Shown: positions 20,039 to 34,843 of the stretch, piece after piece
Position numbering within the stretch: the first letter of the stretch is position 1
Layout: the number at the start of each line of letters is the position of its first letter
Origin: Escherichia coli
Lineage (GTDB): Bacteria; Pseudomonadota; Gammaproteobacteria; Enterobacterales; Enterobacteriaceae
Length of the DNA: 64,000 nt
NCBI RefSeq assembly: GCF_003334335.1
Contig: NZ_QOWQ01000021.1
Reading direction: 5' to 3' (one strand)
Position numbers and translations under genes: made by a program
The notes under the pieces: generated by a model
Seen by the model: only the letters and a program-made list of their open reading frames with translations
The model's database searches: none
What the model was told of the DNA's origin: nothing

Positions 20039-22468
20039 TTACGCCTGAACAGCAGGCTTATCAAATGCCGTTAACTTCGGTGCGTTACCCGTATATTTTT
20101 CGATATACACCAGCGCAGAGTTACCGGCACAGGCATTTGCCAGCTGCGAGCTGGGGATATCCGCCGTTAACACGTTCGCACTGCCGTTTTTACATAAGCC
20201 ATTTTCCAGATCTGGCCATGCACCTTCATGCACGCATACCACGCCTTTTTTGATCCCGTCAGTCACCACCGCGCCTGTCAAAATCTGACCACGTTTGTTC
20301 CAGACACGCACCAGATCGCCATTCGCAATACCAAATCGAGCAGCATCTTCGGTGTGAATAGTGATCGGTTCACGATCGGCAACCGCATATTTTTTACGCA
20401 GTTCCGCATAGTTAAGCTGACTGTGTAAACGGTGTGCCGGATGTGCGGTCAGAAGCTGCAACTGCTTCTCGTCGGCGGTACCCTTCCACTCATCAGGCGC
20501 AAGCCAGGTTGGGTGTGCCGGGCAATCCTTATAGCCAAATTTTTCCAACGTTTTGGAGTAAATCTCAATTTTGCCACTTGGCGTACCCAGCGCATTTTTC
20601 ACCGGATCGGCGCGGAAATCACCATAACGAACGTACTGTTCGTTCTTCTCGCTGCGGCGCATTTCGATCAGTTTATTTTGCTGCCAGAAGACATTAAACA
20701 TTGGCATAATGACGCGTTGCGCACGGGCCCCTTTCTGAGCGGCATCATAGAAAAATTTCAGCCACGCCATTTCATCTTTACCTTCGGTATAGATCTCTTT
20801 TCCGCCAGGTTTGAGTAATTCCGCAAGATCGGCAAACACATCAAAATCGTTTCGCGCTTCAAATTGCGGAGCAACAGCCTGCTTCATCGGCACAATATGC
20901 TGGTTGCTGTAATCACCGGTCATCGTCAAGTCATTGCGCTCAAACGATGTGGTGATCGGTAATACGATATCTGCATGTTTAGCAGCTGCGGTCCAGTAGC
21001 ATTCAGAAACGACGATCATCTCCGGTTTCTGCCATGCTTTAATCAGACGATTAGTATCCTGGTGATGGGTAAAGTTACCGCCACCCGCCCACCAGATCAT
21101 TTTGATATTCGGATACGTTTGCTCTTTACCGTTATGCTGATATTTGCCGCCAGGATTTTCCAGCGCATCGACGATACGGGCAACAGGAATCGCCCTCATT
21201 CCGCCATCATCAGCGGCCTCGCTGGCCTGTCCGGCAATCGCCGCAGACATTTCCGGCAGCACGCCGCCAACACGTGTCGGGTTGCCACCATTTGAGTAAT
21301 GATAAGAGAAACCAAAACCGCCGCCCGGTGTACCAATCTGCCCTAACATCGCCGCCAGCGTCACCAGCATCCAGTGTTTCTGTTCACCATATTGCTGGCG
21401 CTGAATTCCCCAGCCTGCCATCAGCATTGTGCGATTCGCCGCCATCAGTTCAGCGAGTTTGACTATCTGCGCTTCCGGTACGCCAGTAATTTCCGCCGCC
21501 CAGGCCGCGCTCTTCGGCGTATTATCGCTCTTACCTCTCAGATACTCTTCAAACTGCGGATACCCGGTAGTGTATTTTTCAAGGAACACTTTATCGTGTT
21601 TGCCTTGTGTCATCAGGGTATGCGCAATCCCTAACATCAGTGCCACGTCGGTGCCCATATTCGGCGCGATCCAGGTGGCATTATCGCCAAAGAAGTCGAT
21701 GGTTTCGGAGCGGATAGGATCAATGGCAATCACTGGTTTGCCAGATTTTTTCAGCTGATGGAAGTATTCCAGCCCTTGCTCATCGGTACTGCTCCAGGCA
21801 ATTTTTAAGGTATTCAGCGGGTTCATCCCCCACAGCACCACAACCTGGCTGTTTTCCAGAATCAGCGGCCAGGAGGTCTGCTGTTCATACACCTCTACAG
21901 AACCGACCACATGCGGCATGATCACCTGTGCCGCCCCGGTTGAATAATCGCCGCTATGCCCGGAATAACCGCCCGCCAGGTTCATATAACGTTGCAGTAA
22001 GGTTTGCGCTTTATGCAACACGCCAGAAGAGCGCCAGCCGTATGATCCGGCAAAAATAGCCGATGGTCCGTTAGCTTTGCGAATGCGATCGTGTTGCTCA
22101 TGAATCAGTTTTAATGCTTGTTCCCAGCTCACCTGTACATAGGTATCTTCGCCACGACCTTTCGTCGGTTGCAGTGGATTATCGAGATAGCTTTTTCTCA
22201 CCATCGGATGCTGAATACGCGTCGTGGTGTGTACCTGATCCGCCGCCGTAGACTGTAAGGAATTCGGTATGGTTTTCGCCAGCGCGCCTGTTGAAGAAAC
22301 AATCTTGCCGTCCTTCACTTCTACGTTCATCGCTCCCCAACGTCCCGCGGTGAGGATTTTACCGCCCTTCTCTTCTGCCCATGCGGGGAGCGGTGCTGCC
22401 GATGTCACCACCAGCGCTCCAGCGGCAATACCGCTGTGTTTAATAAATTCACGTCTTGTTAATGTCAT
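20039..22468 (-). CDS. torZ: Trimethylamine-N-oxide reductase 2, molybdopterin catalytic subunit
   Basis: Tat signal [10 protein letters not shown]; large molybdopterin oxidoreductase; upstream of torY. Confidence 0.93.
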   Translation of the reverse strand: MTLTRREFIKHSGIAAGALVVTSAAPLPAWAEEKGGKILTAGRWGAMNVEVKDGKIVSSTGALAKTIPNSLQSTAADQVHTTTRIQHPMVRKSYLDNPLQPTKGRGEDTYVQVSWEQALKLIHEQHDRIRKANGPSAIFAGSYGWRSSGVLHKAQTLLQRYMNLAGGYSGHSGDYSTGAAQVIMPHVVGSVEVYEQQTSWPLILENSQVVVLWGMNPLNTLKIAWSSTDEQGLEYFHQLKKSGKPVIAIDPIRSETIDFFGDNATWIAPNMGTDVALMLGIAHTLMTQGKHDKVFLEKYTTGYPQFEEYLRGKSDNTPKSAAWAAEITGVPEAQIVKLAELMAANRTMLMAGWGIQRQQYGEQKHWMLVTLAAMLGQIGTPGGGFGFSYHYSNGGNPTRVGGVLPEMSAAIAGQASEAADDGGMRAIPVARIVDALENPGGKYQHNGKEQTYPNIKMIWWAGGGNFTHHQDTNRLIKAWQKPEMIVVSECYWTAAAKHADIVLPITTSFERNDLTMTGDYSNQHIVPMKQAVAPQFEARNDFDVFADLAELLKPGGKEIYTEGKDEMAWLKFFYDAAQKGARAQRVIMPMFNVFWQQNKLIEMRRSEKNEQYVRYGDFRADPVKNALGTPSGKIEIYSKTLEKFGYKDCPAHPTWLAPDEWKGTADEKQLQLLTAHPAHRLHSQLNYAELRKKYAVADREPITIHTEDAARFGIANGDLVRVWNKRGQILTGAVVTDGIKKGVVCVHEGAWPDLENGLCKNGSANVLTADIPSSQLANACAGNSALVYIEKYTGNAPKLTAFDKPAVQA

Positions 22469-22492
22469 AACTTCCTCCCTGATCAACGAGGA

Positions 22493-23593
22493 TCACTGTT
22501 TCTCGGTAATATCTTTGGCGTTGTACTGGAAATACCGCGTTAAAATGTCCAGTTCGTTTTCGCTCATGCTGGTTCGTGCCCCCATTCCTTTGGCAATGGA
22601 CGGCCACGCATTGACGGTGTAATGGTCGGCGGCAATAGGGGCATGACAACCAGCGCAATAGGTATCGTCAAGTTTTTCAGCGTATTGCCATAGCGGTTTA
22701 CGGTCCGCTAATGCGGGGACGGTAAGCGCACCCTGTAAAGACGCCTGACGCCATTGATTGCCGTATTCGTCAGCCTGCCATTCCCCGTTTACCGTGAGCG
22801 CCTTGATACCTTCTTCACTTAATGTGGCTAGCGCCAGCCGTTGACCTGCCGCCAGGTAGAGCGTGTTTTCACTGCCCTGCATTTGATAACCCTGCAACAG
22901 AACGATCGGCTGTTTGCCACTGGCATCAACGACGGTGAGATCGGTACCAGGATTCACGGTAGCCAGCTCGCCTATGCGAGAAGTTTTGAAAGGATAAATA
23001 TGTGCGCCATTAGTCACTGAAGTAGCGGCCTGACTTTCCAGCTCATGCGCCGCGTTGTCATCCATTTTTATTTCTGGCGGAAAATGGGCAATGCCTTTAT
23101 GACAATCGATACAGGTTTCGCCGCCCTTTTGTGCTTTGTTATGCATTTTCTGCGCAGATTCACTTTGCGAGGCAATATCCATGGCATCAAAAGAATGGCA
23201 ACTACGGCACGTTGCAGAGTCAGTTGCTTTTAATTCTTTCCATACTGTTTCGGCCATTTCCTGGCGATGAGTTTCGAACTTATCGTCACTGTCTATTTTG
23301 CCGCTAACAAATTCATGATAAATATCTTTAGATGCTTTTAATTTAGCAAATAAATAATCCATCCCTGACTTTGGAATATGGCAATCTGCACATTCCGCAC
23401 GTATCCCTTTCTGGTTCGAAAAGTGGACAGTTCCCTGATATACCTCAAAAGGTTTACTCATCGAGTGGCAGGAAAGGCAAAATGCTGTATCCGACGTTTT
23501 ATGTAAGGCTTTTTGCGCCAGCAATAACCCGCCGCCACCAACCACAACCGCTATCAGCAAAAACAATAACCCAATGCGTTTTTTCCCTCGCAT
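22493..23593 (-). CDS. torY: NapC/NirT-family pentahaem c-type cytochrome
   Basis: Multiple CxxCH haem motifs; N-terminal membrane anchor. Confidence 0.92.
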   Translation of the reverse strand: MRGKKRIGLLFLLIAVVVGGGGLLLAQKALHKTSDTAFCLSCHSMSKPFEVYQGTVHFSNQKGIRAECADCHIPKSGMDYLFAKLKASKDIYHEFVSGKIDSDDKFETHRQEMAETVWKELKATDSATCRSCHSFDAMDIASQSESAQKMHNKAQKGGETCIDCHKGIAHFPPEIKMDDNAAHELESQAATSVTNGAHIYPFKTSRIGELATVNPGTDLTVVDASGKQPIVLLQGYQMQGSENTLYLAAGQRLALATLSEEGIKALTVNGEWQADEYGNQWRQASLQGALTVPALADRKPLWQYAEKLDDTYCAGCHAPIAADHYTVNAWPSIAKGMGARTSMSENELDILTRYFQYNAKDITEKQ

Positions 23594-23980
23594 AGATTCC
23601 TCTAAATAAATTCCAGAACACCGAAATCATTGTATAATTAAATACACAACGAATTAACCGCTTGCATAACTCGGCACAACACTGCCTGAAATAATCGATA
23701 AAGAATATGATTTATTACAATGTAATCATTAATTGCTAAGGAATAACCCAGTTGCTATTTAGAATATATATTTATCAGTTTTAGCAATTTAAATCCCATA
23801 ATCAATGTGAATATAAAAAATATTATTAGCACAACGCTATGTTCACTGTCACCCGCTCAACAGATCACGGTTATCGTTCGTTTTTTATACTGCTCAGGGA
23901 TAAAAAAAGGCCCCTGTTGAAATTGCAGGGGCCTGGTACGAGCAAGCATCATATTGGGCGACATGATGCAACGGTAAAAA

Positions 23981-24736
<756 letters not shown>

Positions 24737-24740
24737 TTAA

Positions 24741-25307
24741 TTACGCTGACTGCTCGCTGGCAACGATCTCTTCAATGGACCACGGATGAAACTTAATAGT
24801 TGTTTTGCCATCGGTGACCGCCAGCGTCGGATTCGGTAATCGCTCATGCTCACCTTTTGGTGAACTGGTTTTAACTGAGATCCCCGGTAGGCTGAGTCCT
24901 TCATCAGAAAGCAATGCCAGCGCACGGGCATTCAGCGTTTCTGGATCACCCGGCAGAACGATTTCAATATGTTCCCAACCTTCGTGTGGGTAACGTTTTT
25001 CCCCGGGCCACGGTAGCTCCACAATAGAAAACTGCCAGTGCGCAACCTGTACCGGTTCATGCAATTTAAACAGACAAATCGGTCTGCCATTGATCATATT
25101 TTCTGACAAAAGCTCGCCACACTGTTCAAACCCGCGACGCCAGCGTTCAGCAGTGGCGTTTTGATGGCAACGCAAAGAAATGTGATCGGCAGTCAGCGGA
25201 GTGATATTCAACCCCAGACGGAGGGAAAGTTCATCTAATGCGTGGGTAAATCGCGGTAAATCCGATGCAATATCCTGCAGCTCGTCGATAGATTGCCAGT
25301 TCGCCAT
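24741..25307 (-). CDS. yecM: YecM (VOC-family) protein
   Basis: Conserved position between cutC and argS. Confidence 0.88.
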   Translation of the reverse strand: MANWQSIDELQDIASDLPRFTHALDELSLRLGLNITPLTADHISLRCHQNATAERWRRGFEQCGELLSENMINGRPICLFKLHEPVQVAHWQFSIVELPWPGEKRYPHEGWEHIEIVLPGDPETLNARALALLSDEGLSLPGISVKTSSPKGEHERLPNPTLAVTDGKTTIKFHPWSIEEIVASEQSA

Positions 25308-25522
25308 AATCACTCTTCGTCTTTCAGTAAAAGCGTTAATTTACCCTGTTGCCCTGCGCCAACCAACCGCTGATTTCACGCCGCTTCTGATGCAATAGTG
25401 AAAACGGCAATACGCCACGCGCACGTTGCTGACGAAAACAGCCATTTGCAGTATACTCCCGCCCTAATTTCTTTAACTGGTGCGGGCAATTTTTGCTCGC
25501 TTCATCAATGTAAGGTATTCCG

Positions 25523-27256
25523 GTGAATATTCAGGCTCTTCTCTCAGAAAAAGTCCGTCAGGCCATGATTGCGGCAGGCGCGCCTGCGGATTGCGAACCG
25601 CAGGTTCGTCAGTCAGCAAAAGTTCAGTTCGGCGACTATCAGGCTAACGGCATGATGGCAGTTGCTAAAAAACTGGGTATGGCACCGCGACAATTAGCAG
25701 AGCAGGTGCTGACTCATCTGGATCTTAACGGTATCGCCAGCAAAGTTGAGATCGCCGGTCCAGGCTTTATCAACATTTTCCTTGATCCGGCATTCCTGGC
25801 TGAACATGTTCAGCAGGCGCTGGCGTCCGATCGTCTCGGTGTTTCTACGCCAGAAAAACAGACCATTGTGGTTGACTACTCTGCGCCAAACGTGGCGAAA
25901 GAGATGCATGTCGGTCACCTGCGCTCTACCATTATTGGTGACGCAGCAGTGCGTACTCTGGAGTTCCTCGGTCACAAAGTGATTCGCGCAAACCACGTCG
26001 GCGACTGGGGCACTCAGTTCGGTATGCTGATTGCATGGCTGGAAAAGCAGCAGCAGGAAAACGCCGGTGAAATGGAGCTGGCTGACCTTGAAGGTTTCTA
26101 CCGCGATGCGAAAAAGCATTACGACGAAGATGAAGAGTTTGCCGAGCGTGCACGTAACTACGTGGTAAAACTGCAAAGCGGTGACGAATATTTCCGCGAG
26201 ATGTGGCGCAAACTGGTCGACATCACCATGACGCAGAACCAGATCACCTACGATCGTCTCAACGTGACGCTGACCCGTGATGACGTGATGGGCGAAAGCC
26301 TCTACAACCCAATGCTGCCAGGAATTGTGGCGGATCTCAAAGCCAAAGGTCTGGCAGTAGAAAGCGAAGGGGCGACCGTCGTATTCCTTGATGAGTTTAA
26401 AAACAAGGAAGGCGAACCGATGGGCGTGATCATTCAGAAGAAAGATGGCGGCTATCTCTACACCACCACTGATATCGCCTGTGCGAAATATCGTTATGAA
26501 ACACTGCATGCCGATCGCGTGCTGTATTACATCGACTCCCGTCAGCATCAACACCTGATGCAGGCATGGGCGATCGTCCGTAAAGCAGGCTATGTACCGG
26601 AATCCGTACCGCTGGAACACCACATGTTCGGCATGATGCTGGGTAAAGACGGCAAACCGTTCAAAACCCGCGCGGGTGGTACAGTGAAACTGGCCGATCT
26701 GCTGGATGAAGCCCTGGAACGTGCACGCCGTCTGGTGGCAGAAAAGAACCCGGATATGCCAGCTGACGAGCTGGAAAAACTGGCTAACGCGGTTGGTATT
26801 GGTGCGGTGAAATATGCGGATCTCTCCAAAAACCGCACCACGGACTACATCTTCGACTGGGACAACATGCTGGCGTTTGAGGGTAATACCGCGCCATACA
26901 TGCAGTATGCTTACACGCGTGTATTGTCCGTGTTCCGTAAGGCAGAAATTAACGAAGAGCAACTGGCTGCAGCTCCGGTAATCATCCGTGAAGATCGTGA
27001 AGCGCAACTGGCAGCTCGCCTGCTGCAGTTTGAAGAAACCCTCACCGTGGTTGCCCGTGAAGGCACGCCGCATGTGATGTGTGCTTACCTGTACGATCTG
27101 GCTGGTCTGTTCTCTGGCTTCTACGAGCACTGCCCGATCCTCAGCGCAGAAAACGAAGAAGTGCGTAACAGCCGTCTGAAACTGGCACAACTGACAGCGA
27201 AGACGCTAAAGCTGGGTCTGGATACGCTGGGTATTGAGACAGTAGAGCGTATGTAA
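25523..27256 (+). CDS. argS: Arginine--tRNA ligase
   Basis: 577 aa, GTG start; class I synthetase motifs (HVGH-like HVGHLRS). Confidence 0.95.
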   Translation: MNIQALLSEKVRQAMIAAGAPADCEPQVRQSAKVQFGDYQANGMMAVAKKLGMAPRQLAEQVLTHLDLNGIASKVEIAGPGFINIFLDPAFLAEHVQQALASDRLGVSTPEKQTIVVDYSAPNVAKEMHVGHLRSTIIGDAAVRTLEFLGHKVIRANHVGDWGTQFGMLIAWLEKQQQENAGEMELADLEGFYRDAKKHYDEDEEFAERARNYVVKLQSGDEYFREMWRKLVDITMTQNQITYDRLNVTLTRDDVMGESLYNPMLPGIVADLKAKGLAVESEGATVVFLDEFKNKEGEPMGVIIQKKDGGYLYTTTDIACAKYRYETLHADRVLYYIDSRQHQHLMQAWAIVRKAGYVPESVPLEHHMFGMMLGKDGKPFKTRAGGTVKLADLLDEALERARRLVAEKNPDMPADELEKLANAVGIGAVKYADLSKNRTTDYIFDWDNMLAFEGNTAPYMQYAYTRVLSVFRKAEINEEQLAAAPVIIREDREAQLAARLLQFEETLTVVAREGTPHVMCAYLYDLAGLFSGFYEHCPILSAENEEVRNSRLKLAQLTAKTLKLGLDTLGIETVERM

Positions 27257-27275
27257 TCGATTTTTCGTGAGAGTA

Positions 27276-27309
27276 AAGCCTGATCAGGGTTACCTGATCA
27301 GGCTTTTTT
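27276..27309 (+). terminator. argS rho-independent terminator
   Basis: 13-bp stem AAGCCTGATCAGG/CCTGATCAGGCTT followed by T6. Confidence 0.8.
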
Positions 27310-27411
27310 ATTGCCATCTAAATGTATTCTGAAAATGGACATGCCATTGTTTTCTGACTGTTGGATAAGAGGCCAGAAGCGTAATATCCGGCCCCAGGGA
27401 AACGATAACGG

Positions 27412-27921
27412 TTGAATTTAAGGAATACCGCAGTGTTTAAATTTCTTGTATTAACATTAGGCATTATCTCTTGCCAGGCTTACGCAGAAGATACGGTTAT
27501 AGTAAACGACCATGACATTTCAGCCATCAAAGATTGTTGGCAAAAAAATTCAGATGATGATACTGACATTAACGTGATCAAATCATGCCTGCGACAAGAA
27601 TACAATCTCGTCGATGCGCAATTAAATAAAGCCTATGGTGAAGCTTATCGTTATATAGAACAAGTGCCACGCACAGGTGTAAAAAAACCTGATACCGAAC
27701 AACTTAACTTGCTTAAAAAATCACAGCGAGCCTGGCTGGATTTTAGGGACAAAGAATGTGAATTAATCCTTTCAAATGAGGACGTTCAGGATTTAAGTGA
27801 CCCTTATTCTGAATCAGAATGGCTCTCATGTATGATCATACAGACCAATACGCGAACTCGCCAGTTGCAGCTATACCATAACTCTGAAGATTTTTATCCA
27901 AGCCCTTTGACAAGAGGATAA
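27412..27921 (+). CDS. yecT: Periplasmic protein YecT
   Basis: Signal peptide; conserved position between argS and flhE. Confidence 0.8.
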   Translation: MNLRNTAVFKFLVLTLGIISCQAYAEDTVIVNDHDISAIKDCWQKNSDDDTDINVIKSCLRQEYNLVDAQLNKAYGEAYRYIEQVPRTGVKKPDTEQLNLLKKSQRAWLDFRDKECELILSNEDVQDLSDPYSESEWLSCMIIQTNTRTRQLQLYHNSEDFYPSPLTRG

Positions 27922-28040
27922 TTCACATCTTTTTGGCATGTTTTGTTGCAAGCTATTCCTGATAAATAATTGCAACAAGACATCGAGCCTTTTTCACTGA
28001 GTTATTAAACATACTCGCGAGCGCGTAATTTTTTTGTCCT

Positions 28041-28433
28041 TCAGCGATAATTCACAATCACTTCATTACGTTGTACCTTTAGCGGTGGAATTAACCGCCC
28101 ACCGCCTGGCACTTCCCAGATAAATCGCAACGGTTCTGCTGCCGCTATACCGGAAAAGGCCACGGTGGTTCCGCTCTGCCCCTCTAATTCGACACAACGA
28201 GATTGCGAACACAAGCGAACCCGCAGTCCTGAAGGTGTCGGGCCGATAAGCTGATAACGCCACGCTACCAGCGTCATCAATCCTGAAGCAGGTTGTCGCG
28301 TAGAAAGAGGCGCAGACGACATCGACTCACCGCGATGATTTAGCGTAATTCCTACACTACTTGCCTGCCACATCCCCTCCCCGGCGGCTTGCACCAGCAG
28401 CGGAAACAATAATATTGCTAATAAGGTTCTCAT
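28041..28433 (-). CDS. flhE: Flagellar protein FlhE
   Basis: 130 aa with signal peptide; end of flhBAE operon. Confidence 0.9.
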   Translation of the reverse strand: MRTLLAILLFPLLVQAAGEGMWQASSVGITLNHRGESMSSAPLSTRQPASGLMTLVAWRYQLIGPTPSGLRVRLCSQSRCVELEGQSGTTVAFSGIAAAEPLRFIWEVPGGGRLIPPLKVQRNEVIVNYR

Positions 28434-30511
28434 TATTTGCCGCCAATTGTCGCCGTCATGCGGATATGTCGGTTATCAGACAGTTCCAGATTCGACAGGA
28501 CCACTAACTGCGGCAAGCTGCGGCGCAGGAAGCGAGACAATAATGGTCGCAGCGCGTGGTTCACCAACAATACTGGCGGCGCACCCAGCATCTCCTGACG
28601 GGATAGCGCTTCCTGAGTTTGCGCCAGTAAACGATCCGCCAGCCCTGGCTCCAGTCCTCCCCCGCCCTGCAGCGCCTGTAGTAACAAACGTTCCAGCGGT
28701 GTATCGAGGCCAATAACATGGACTTCATCTTTGCCAGGAAACCACTGCTGGGTAATCGCCCGTCCCAACGCCACGCGCACGACGGCGGTTAATTCATGTG
28801 GATCGCTTTGGATGGGCGCATGTTCCGCCAGCGTTTCGAGAATGGTGCGCATATCGCGAATCGGTACTTTTTCATCGAGGAGATTTTGCAGCACTTTATG
28901 CAGTGTGGTGAGCGTGACGACGCCAGGAACGAGATCTTCCGTCAGCTTTGGCATCTCCTGGGCGACGCGATCCAACAGCTGTTGCGCCTCCTGACGACCA
29001 AACAGCTCTGCGGCATGCTGGCTAATGAGGTGGTTAAGATGCGTTGCTACCACCGTGCTGGCCTCAACCACTGTGTACCCCTGAATCTGCGCCTGTTCTT
29101 TTAGCGCACTTTCAATCCAGATAGCATTCAGGCCAAATGCCGGATCGACGGTCGCCTCACCAGGTAACGTCCCGGCAGCGGTTCCAGGGTTAATCGCCAG
29201 CCAGCGCCCCGGATAAGCATCACCACTGCCAATCTCCACGCCTTTCATCAAAATGCGATAGCGGGCAGGTTGCAGATCCATATTGTCGCGAATGTGCACC
29301 ACTGGCGGCAGAAATCCCATCTCCTGGGCAAATTTCTTGCGGATACTGCGTATACGGCCCAACAACTCACCATCCTGCTGGAAATCGACCATCGGGATCA
29401 GTCGATAACCCACTTCCATTCCCAGAGAATCTTCCAGTTGTACATCGTTCCACGTCGCTTCGACAACGGTATTATTCTCTGCCATTTTTACCGGTTTGGG
29501 TTCGGCAGGCGCTTTTTGTTCGCGTCCGCGTATCCACCAGGCCAGCCCCAGCAATCCGGCAGTGAACAGCAAAAATACCAGGTTCGGCATTCCAGGCACC
29601 AGGCCGAGTAAACCGAGCACGGCGGCGCTTAACAACATAACGCTTGGGTTACTGAAAAGCTGATTCACCATCTGCTCGCCAACATCCTGATCGGTGCTGA
29701 CACGCGTAACGATGACCCCCGCGGCGGTAGAAATCACCAGCGCCGGAATTTGTGCCACCAGACCGTCGCCAATGGTCAATAGCGTATAACTTTCCGCCGC
29801 GTGTCCCATGCTCATGCCATGTTGCAGCACGCCGACCAGCAACCCGCCGACAACGTTAATGACCATGATGAGGATCCCGGCGATGGCATCGCCGCGAACA
29901 AACTTACTTGCCCCGTCCATTGAGCCGTAAAAATCGGCTTCCTGAGTCACTTCGGAGCGGCGTTTTTTCGCCTCATCTTCACCAATCAATCCAGCGTTAA
30001 GGTCGGCGTCAATCGCCATCTGCTTACCCGGCATACCATCGAGAACAAAGCGCGCACCCACTTCTGCGATACGCCCGGCACCTTTGGTAATGACCATAAA
30101 GTTGATGATCACGAGAATGACAAACACCACGATACCGATAGCGAAATTGCCACCAACGAGGAAGTGACCGAACGCTTCGACCACCTTCCCAGCCGCCGCC
30201 GCGCCGGTATGCCCTTCCATCAAAATGATACGGGTTGAAGCCACGTTAAGTGCCAGACGCAACAACGTAGTAAACAACAGAATGGTCGGAAACGCAGCAA
30301 ACTCAAGCGTGCGCTGGGTAAACATCGCCACCAGCAACACCATGATCGACAAGGCAATATTGAAGGTAAACAACAGGTCGAGTATGAATGCGGGCAGTGG
30401 CAGCACCATCATCGACAAGATCAACAGGATCAAAATCGGTCCGGCAAGGATCTGCCATTGTGTCGATTTCAGGTTTGCGGGCAGGCGCAGCATCGCGGCC
30501 AGATTACTCAT
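28433..30511 (-). CDS. flhA: Flagellar export apparatus protein FlhA
   Basis: 692 aa from MSNLAAMLRLPANLK; multi-TM N-terminus. Confidence 0.95.
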   Translation of the reverse strand: MSNLAAMLRLPANLKSTQWQILAGPILILLILSMMVLPLPAFILDLLFTFNIALSIMVLLVAMFTQRTLEFAAFPTILLFTTLLRLALNVASTRIILMEGHTGAAAAGKVVEAFGHFLVGGNFAIGIVVFVILVIINFMVITKGAGRIAEVGARFVLDGMPGKQMAIDADLNAGLIGEDEAKKRRSEVTQEADFYGSMDGASKFVRGDAIAGILIMVINVVGGLLVGVLQHGMSMGHAAESYTLLTIGDGLVAQIPALVISTAAGVIVTRVSTDQDVGEQMVNQLFSNPSVMLLSAAVLGLLGLVPGMPNLVFLLFTAGLLGLAWWIRGREQKAPAEPKPVKMAENNTVVEATWNDVQLEDSLGMEVGYRLIPMVDFQQDGELLGRIRSIRKKFAQEMGFLPPVVHIRDNMDLQPARYRILMKGVEIGSGDAYPGRWLAINPGTAAGTLPGEATVDPAFGLNAIWIESALKEQAQIQGYTVVEASTVVATHLNHLISQHAAELFGRQEAQQLLDRVAQEMPKLTEDLVPGVVTLTTLHKVLQNLLDEKVPIRDMRTILETLAEHAPIQSDPHELTAVVRVALGRAITQQWFPGKDEVHVIGLDTPLERLLLQALQGGGGLEPGLADRLLAQTQEALSRQEMLGAPPVLLVNHALRPLLSRFLRRSLPQLVVLSNLELSDNRHIRMTATIGGK

Positions 30512-31652
30512 GGGTCGGTTTCTCGTTAATAAAATCCAGGGCTTCCGGCACCGGAAGATGAGTAGGTTGTACAGGGCGCTGTCCACCAGCCAGACGCCAG
30601 CGTTTCAGTTGCCAGACCCAGGCCAGCACTTCCGCCACCGCGGCGTACAGTTGACCCGGGATTTGTTGACCAATCTCCGCATGTCGATACAGCGCTCGCG
30701 CCAGCGGCGGCGCTTCAAGCGTCGGGACGTTATTTTCAGCGCCAATTTCACGAATGCGCAGCGCGACCAGCCCTGCACCTTTAGCGACCACTTTCGGTGC
30801 GCTCATTTTGTTTTCGTCATACTGCAACGCTACCGAATAGTGGGTCGGGTTATTGACAATGACATCCGCTTTCGGCACATCGGCCATCATCCGACGCCGT
30901 GCGGCAGCTCGCTGCATCTGACGGATCCGTCCTTTAACATGGGGGTCGCCTTCGCTTTGTTTGAACTCATCACGAATATCCTGCCGCGACATTCGCAGCT
31001 TTTTCAGGTGGCTGAATATTTGGAAAAAGACGTCAAATCCCACCATTGGAATGACACCAAGCACCACCAGCAGTGCGCATAGCCCTACCAAATCCATCGC
31101 ATTACCCATGGCGGTAATCGGAGACTCGGCCATTAAGCGCATCATCTGCGGCCAGTGATGCCAGAGATAAAACCCCGTCACGCTGCCAACCAGGATGTTT
31201 TTCAAAATTGCTTTAAGCAACTCCGCGCCAGTCTGAGCCGAGAACATCCGTTTAATGCCCGGTAGCGGGTTGAGTTTGGAAAACTTCGGCTGCAAGGATT
31301 TGCCGCTAAATACCAGCCCTCCCAGCATGACCGGAGAAATGAGCGCCACCAGCACCACGCCGCTAATCAGCGGCAGCAGCGCCAGCATGGCTTCTCTGAT
31401 CAGCAGAATAATCTGCCCGAGGATCAGATTCGGGTCATTGATAATACTGTGATCAAAATGCAGCCCAGCGGAGAGCATGCCCGACAATCGACGGGCCAGC
31501 GACACACCGCCAAACCAGATAACACTAACGCCCACCAGCAAAATCAGCAGTGAGGTCAGTTCACGGGAACGCGGGATTTGCCCCTCTTCCCGCGCTTTTT
31601 CTAGTCGGTGAGGTGTGGGGGCTTCTGTTTTGTCGTCGCTCTCGTCAGACAC
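30504..31652 (-). CDS. flhB: Flagellar export apparatus protein FlhB
   Basis: 382 aa; NPTH autocleavage motif present. Confidence 0.95.
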   Translation of the reverse strand: MSDESDDKTEAPTPHRLEKAREEGQIPRSRELTSLLILLVGVSVIWFGGVSLARRLSGMLSAGLHFDHSIINDPNLILGQIILLIREAMLALLPLISGVVLVALISPVMLGGLVFSGKSLQPKFSKLNPLPGIKRMFSAQTGAELLKAILKNILVGSVTGFYLWHHWPQMMRLMAESPITAMGNAMDLVGLCALLVVLGVIPMVGFDVFFQIFSHLKKLRMSRQDIRDEFKQSEGDPHVKGRIRQMQRAAARRRMMADVPKADVIVNNPTHYSVALQYDENKMSAPKVVAKGAGLVALRIREIGAENNVPTLEAPPLARALYRHAEIGQQIPGQLYAAVAEVLAWVWQLKRWRLAGGQRPVQPTHLPVPEALDFINEKPTHE

Positions 31653-31782
31653 GTCGCCAATCCTGGAAAGAGTATTAAGCGTGAATGATGCCAGAGCGCA
31701 AAGCGTTCAATGGTTTGAGTAAGGGGCAAAACAGGCGGGATTTAGGGCTTTTGCTGCCACACATCAAGCATAGTGTGCGTTT

Positions 31783-31848
31783 GTCGGATGCGGCGTCATC
31801 GCCTTATCAGACCGCCTGATATGACGTGGTCACGCCACATCAGGCAAT
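31783..31848. repeat. REP element between cheZ and flhB
   Basis: gtcggatgcggcgtcatcgccttatcagaccgcctgat... palindromic unit. Confidence 0.7.
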
Positions 31849-31853
31849 ACAAA

Positions 31854-32498
31854 TCAAAATCCAAGACTATCCAACAAATCGTCCACCTGATCCTGACTGG
31901 CTACCACGCCGGCTTTGCTGGTATCGACCTGAGGTCCATTAAGCAAACTCTGGTTTTCACGTTTTGGACGCGACTCCTGTTCCGGGATGTTTTCCAACAG
32001 CACCATCAGCAACTGGCGTTCGATCTCCTGAATGACATCCATCATCCGCTTAATGACCTGCCCGGTGAGATCCTGAAAATCCTGCGCCATCATGATTTCC
32101 AGCAGTTGCGCGTTAGTAAAGCTGGTATGCGCGGGTACATCTGCCAGAAATTGTCGTGTATCTGTTACCAGTTCACGGGCGTCGGCAAGGTCAATCGGAT
32201 CGGCAAACCAGTCATCCCAACGTTGGGTTAACGCTTTTGCTGATTTCTCCATTTGATCCTGATGCGGTTGTGACGCCTCAACACTGTTCAGCGCCCGCTC
32301 CGCAGCCTGGGCGGTCATCTGCACAACATAGTACAAACGATCGCGCGCATCGGGGATGGCTTCCGCCGCTTCGGCAATGGCCTGATCCAGCCCCAGTTCC
32401 CGCAAACTGTCGCGCAGCATACGCGTCAGGCTGCCGATGCGCGCAATGATATCGCCAGCTGAATGCTCGTCAGCAGGTTTGATTGATGGTTGCATCAT
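31854..32498 (-). CDS. cheZ: CheY-P phosphatase CheZ
   Basis: 214 aa from [12 protein letters not shown]. Confidence 0.95.
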
Positions 32499-32508
32499 AG
32501 TCGCATCC

Positions 32509-33962
<1,454 letters not shown>

Positions 33963-33964
33963 CG

Positions 33965-34825
33965 TTAATCCTTACTTAGCGCATACACCGTCTGACCACG
34001 CAGCGTGAAGCGGCGCTCAAGGTGGCTAAAGTTTTCAGAGTGACCCGCAAACAGCAATCCGTCGGGTTTAAGGAGCGGAACAAAGCGGCGCAAAATCTCC
34101 TGCTGGGTATTTTGATCGAAGTAGATCATGACGTTACGACAGAAGATCGCATCAAACGGCCCCGGCACGGTGTACTGTTTCTCCAGTAGATTCAGCGGGG
34201 CAAAATCAACATAGTTCGCCAGCTCCTGACGCACGCGTACCAGCCCTTCATGCGGTCCCGTCCCTCGCATGAAATACCGTTGCAGTTGCTGCGGCGTCAG
34301 GTTTTTCAACTCTTCATGGCGATAAATACCGCTTCTGGCTTTTTCCAGCACTTCGGTGTCGATATCACTGGCAAACACTTTCCAGCGTCCGGGCGCGGTG
34401 CCCAATGTGTCAGCCAGCGTCATCGCAATGCTGTACGGCTCTTCGCCGGTCGAAGCCGCCGCGCTCCATACGCGATACTCGCCAGAACGGCGACGTGCGT
34501 GATCCGCGAGCAGAGGGAAATGGTGTGCCTCACGGAAAAATGCCGTCAGATTCGTGGTCAGCGAATTGATAAACGCCTGCCACTCACCGCTGTGCTGATT
34601 AGATTCCAGCAAGTTCAGATAATGACCGAAATCCGTCAGTCCCAGCGAACGCAAACGACGAACCAGTCGGTTGTAAACCATGTCGCGTTTATGGTCAGCC
34701 AGAACGATCCCGGCTCGTTGATAGATCAATTGACTTATCCGCCGAAAATGCGCGTCGGAAAGCGCCAGGCGCTCGGTCATCTGTAACAATAAAGACGTTT
34801 GCCCACAGGGCAGAGATGAAGTCAT
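33965..34825 (-). CDS. cheR: Chemotaxis methyltransferase CheR
   Basis: 286 aa. Confidence 0.96.
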   Translation of the reverse strand: MTSSLPCGQTSLLLQMTERLALSDAHFRRISQLIYQRAGIVLADHKRDMVYNRLVRRLRSLGLTDFGHYLNLLESNQHSGEWQAFINSLTTNLTAFFREAHHFPLLADHARRRSGEYRVWSAAASTGEEPYSIAMTLADTLGTAPGRWKVFASDIDTEVLEKARSGIYRHEELKNLTPQQLQRYFMRGTGPHEGLVRVRQELANYVDFAPLNLLEKQYTVPGPFDAIFCRNVMIYFDQNTQQEILRRFVPLLKPDGLLFAGHSENFSHLERRFTLRGQTVYALSKD

Positions 34826-34843
34826 AGCGCCTTCTCAATCACT

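Noticed and set aside
25694-27190. 498-aa ORF on the minus strand, entirely inside argS
   Set aside because: It is antisense to a highly conserved essential gene, has no RBS or promoter context, and its product is compositionally odd (Cys/His/Phe-rich). Most likely a codon-bias artefact.
30225-31082. 285-aa plus-strand ORF antisense to the flhA/flhB junction
   Set aside because: It lies inside well-conserved flagellar export genes on the opposite strand and has no independent start signals.
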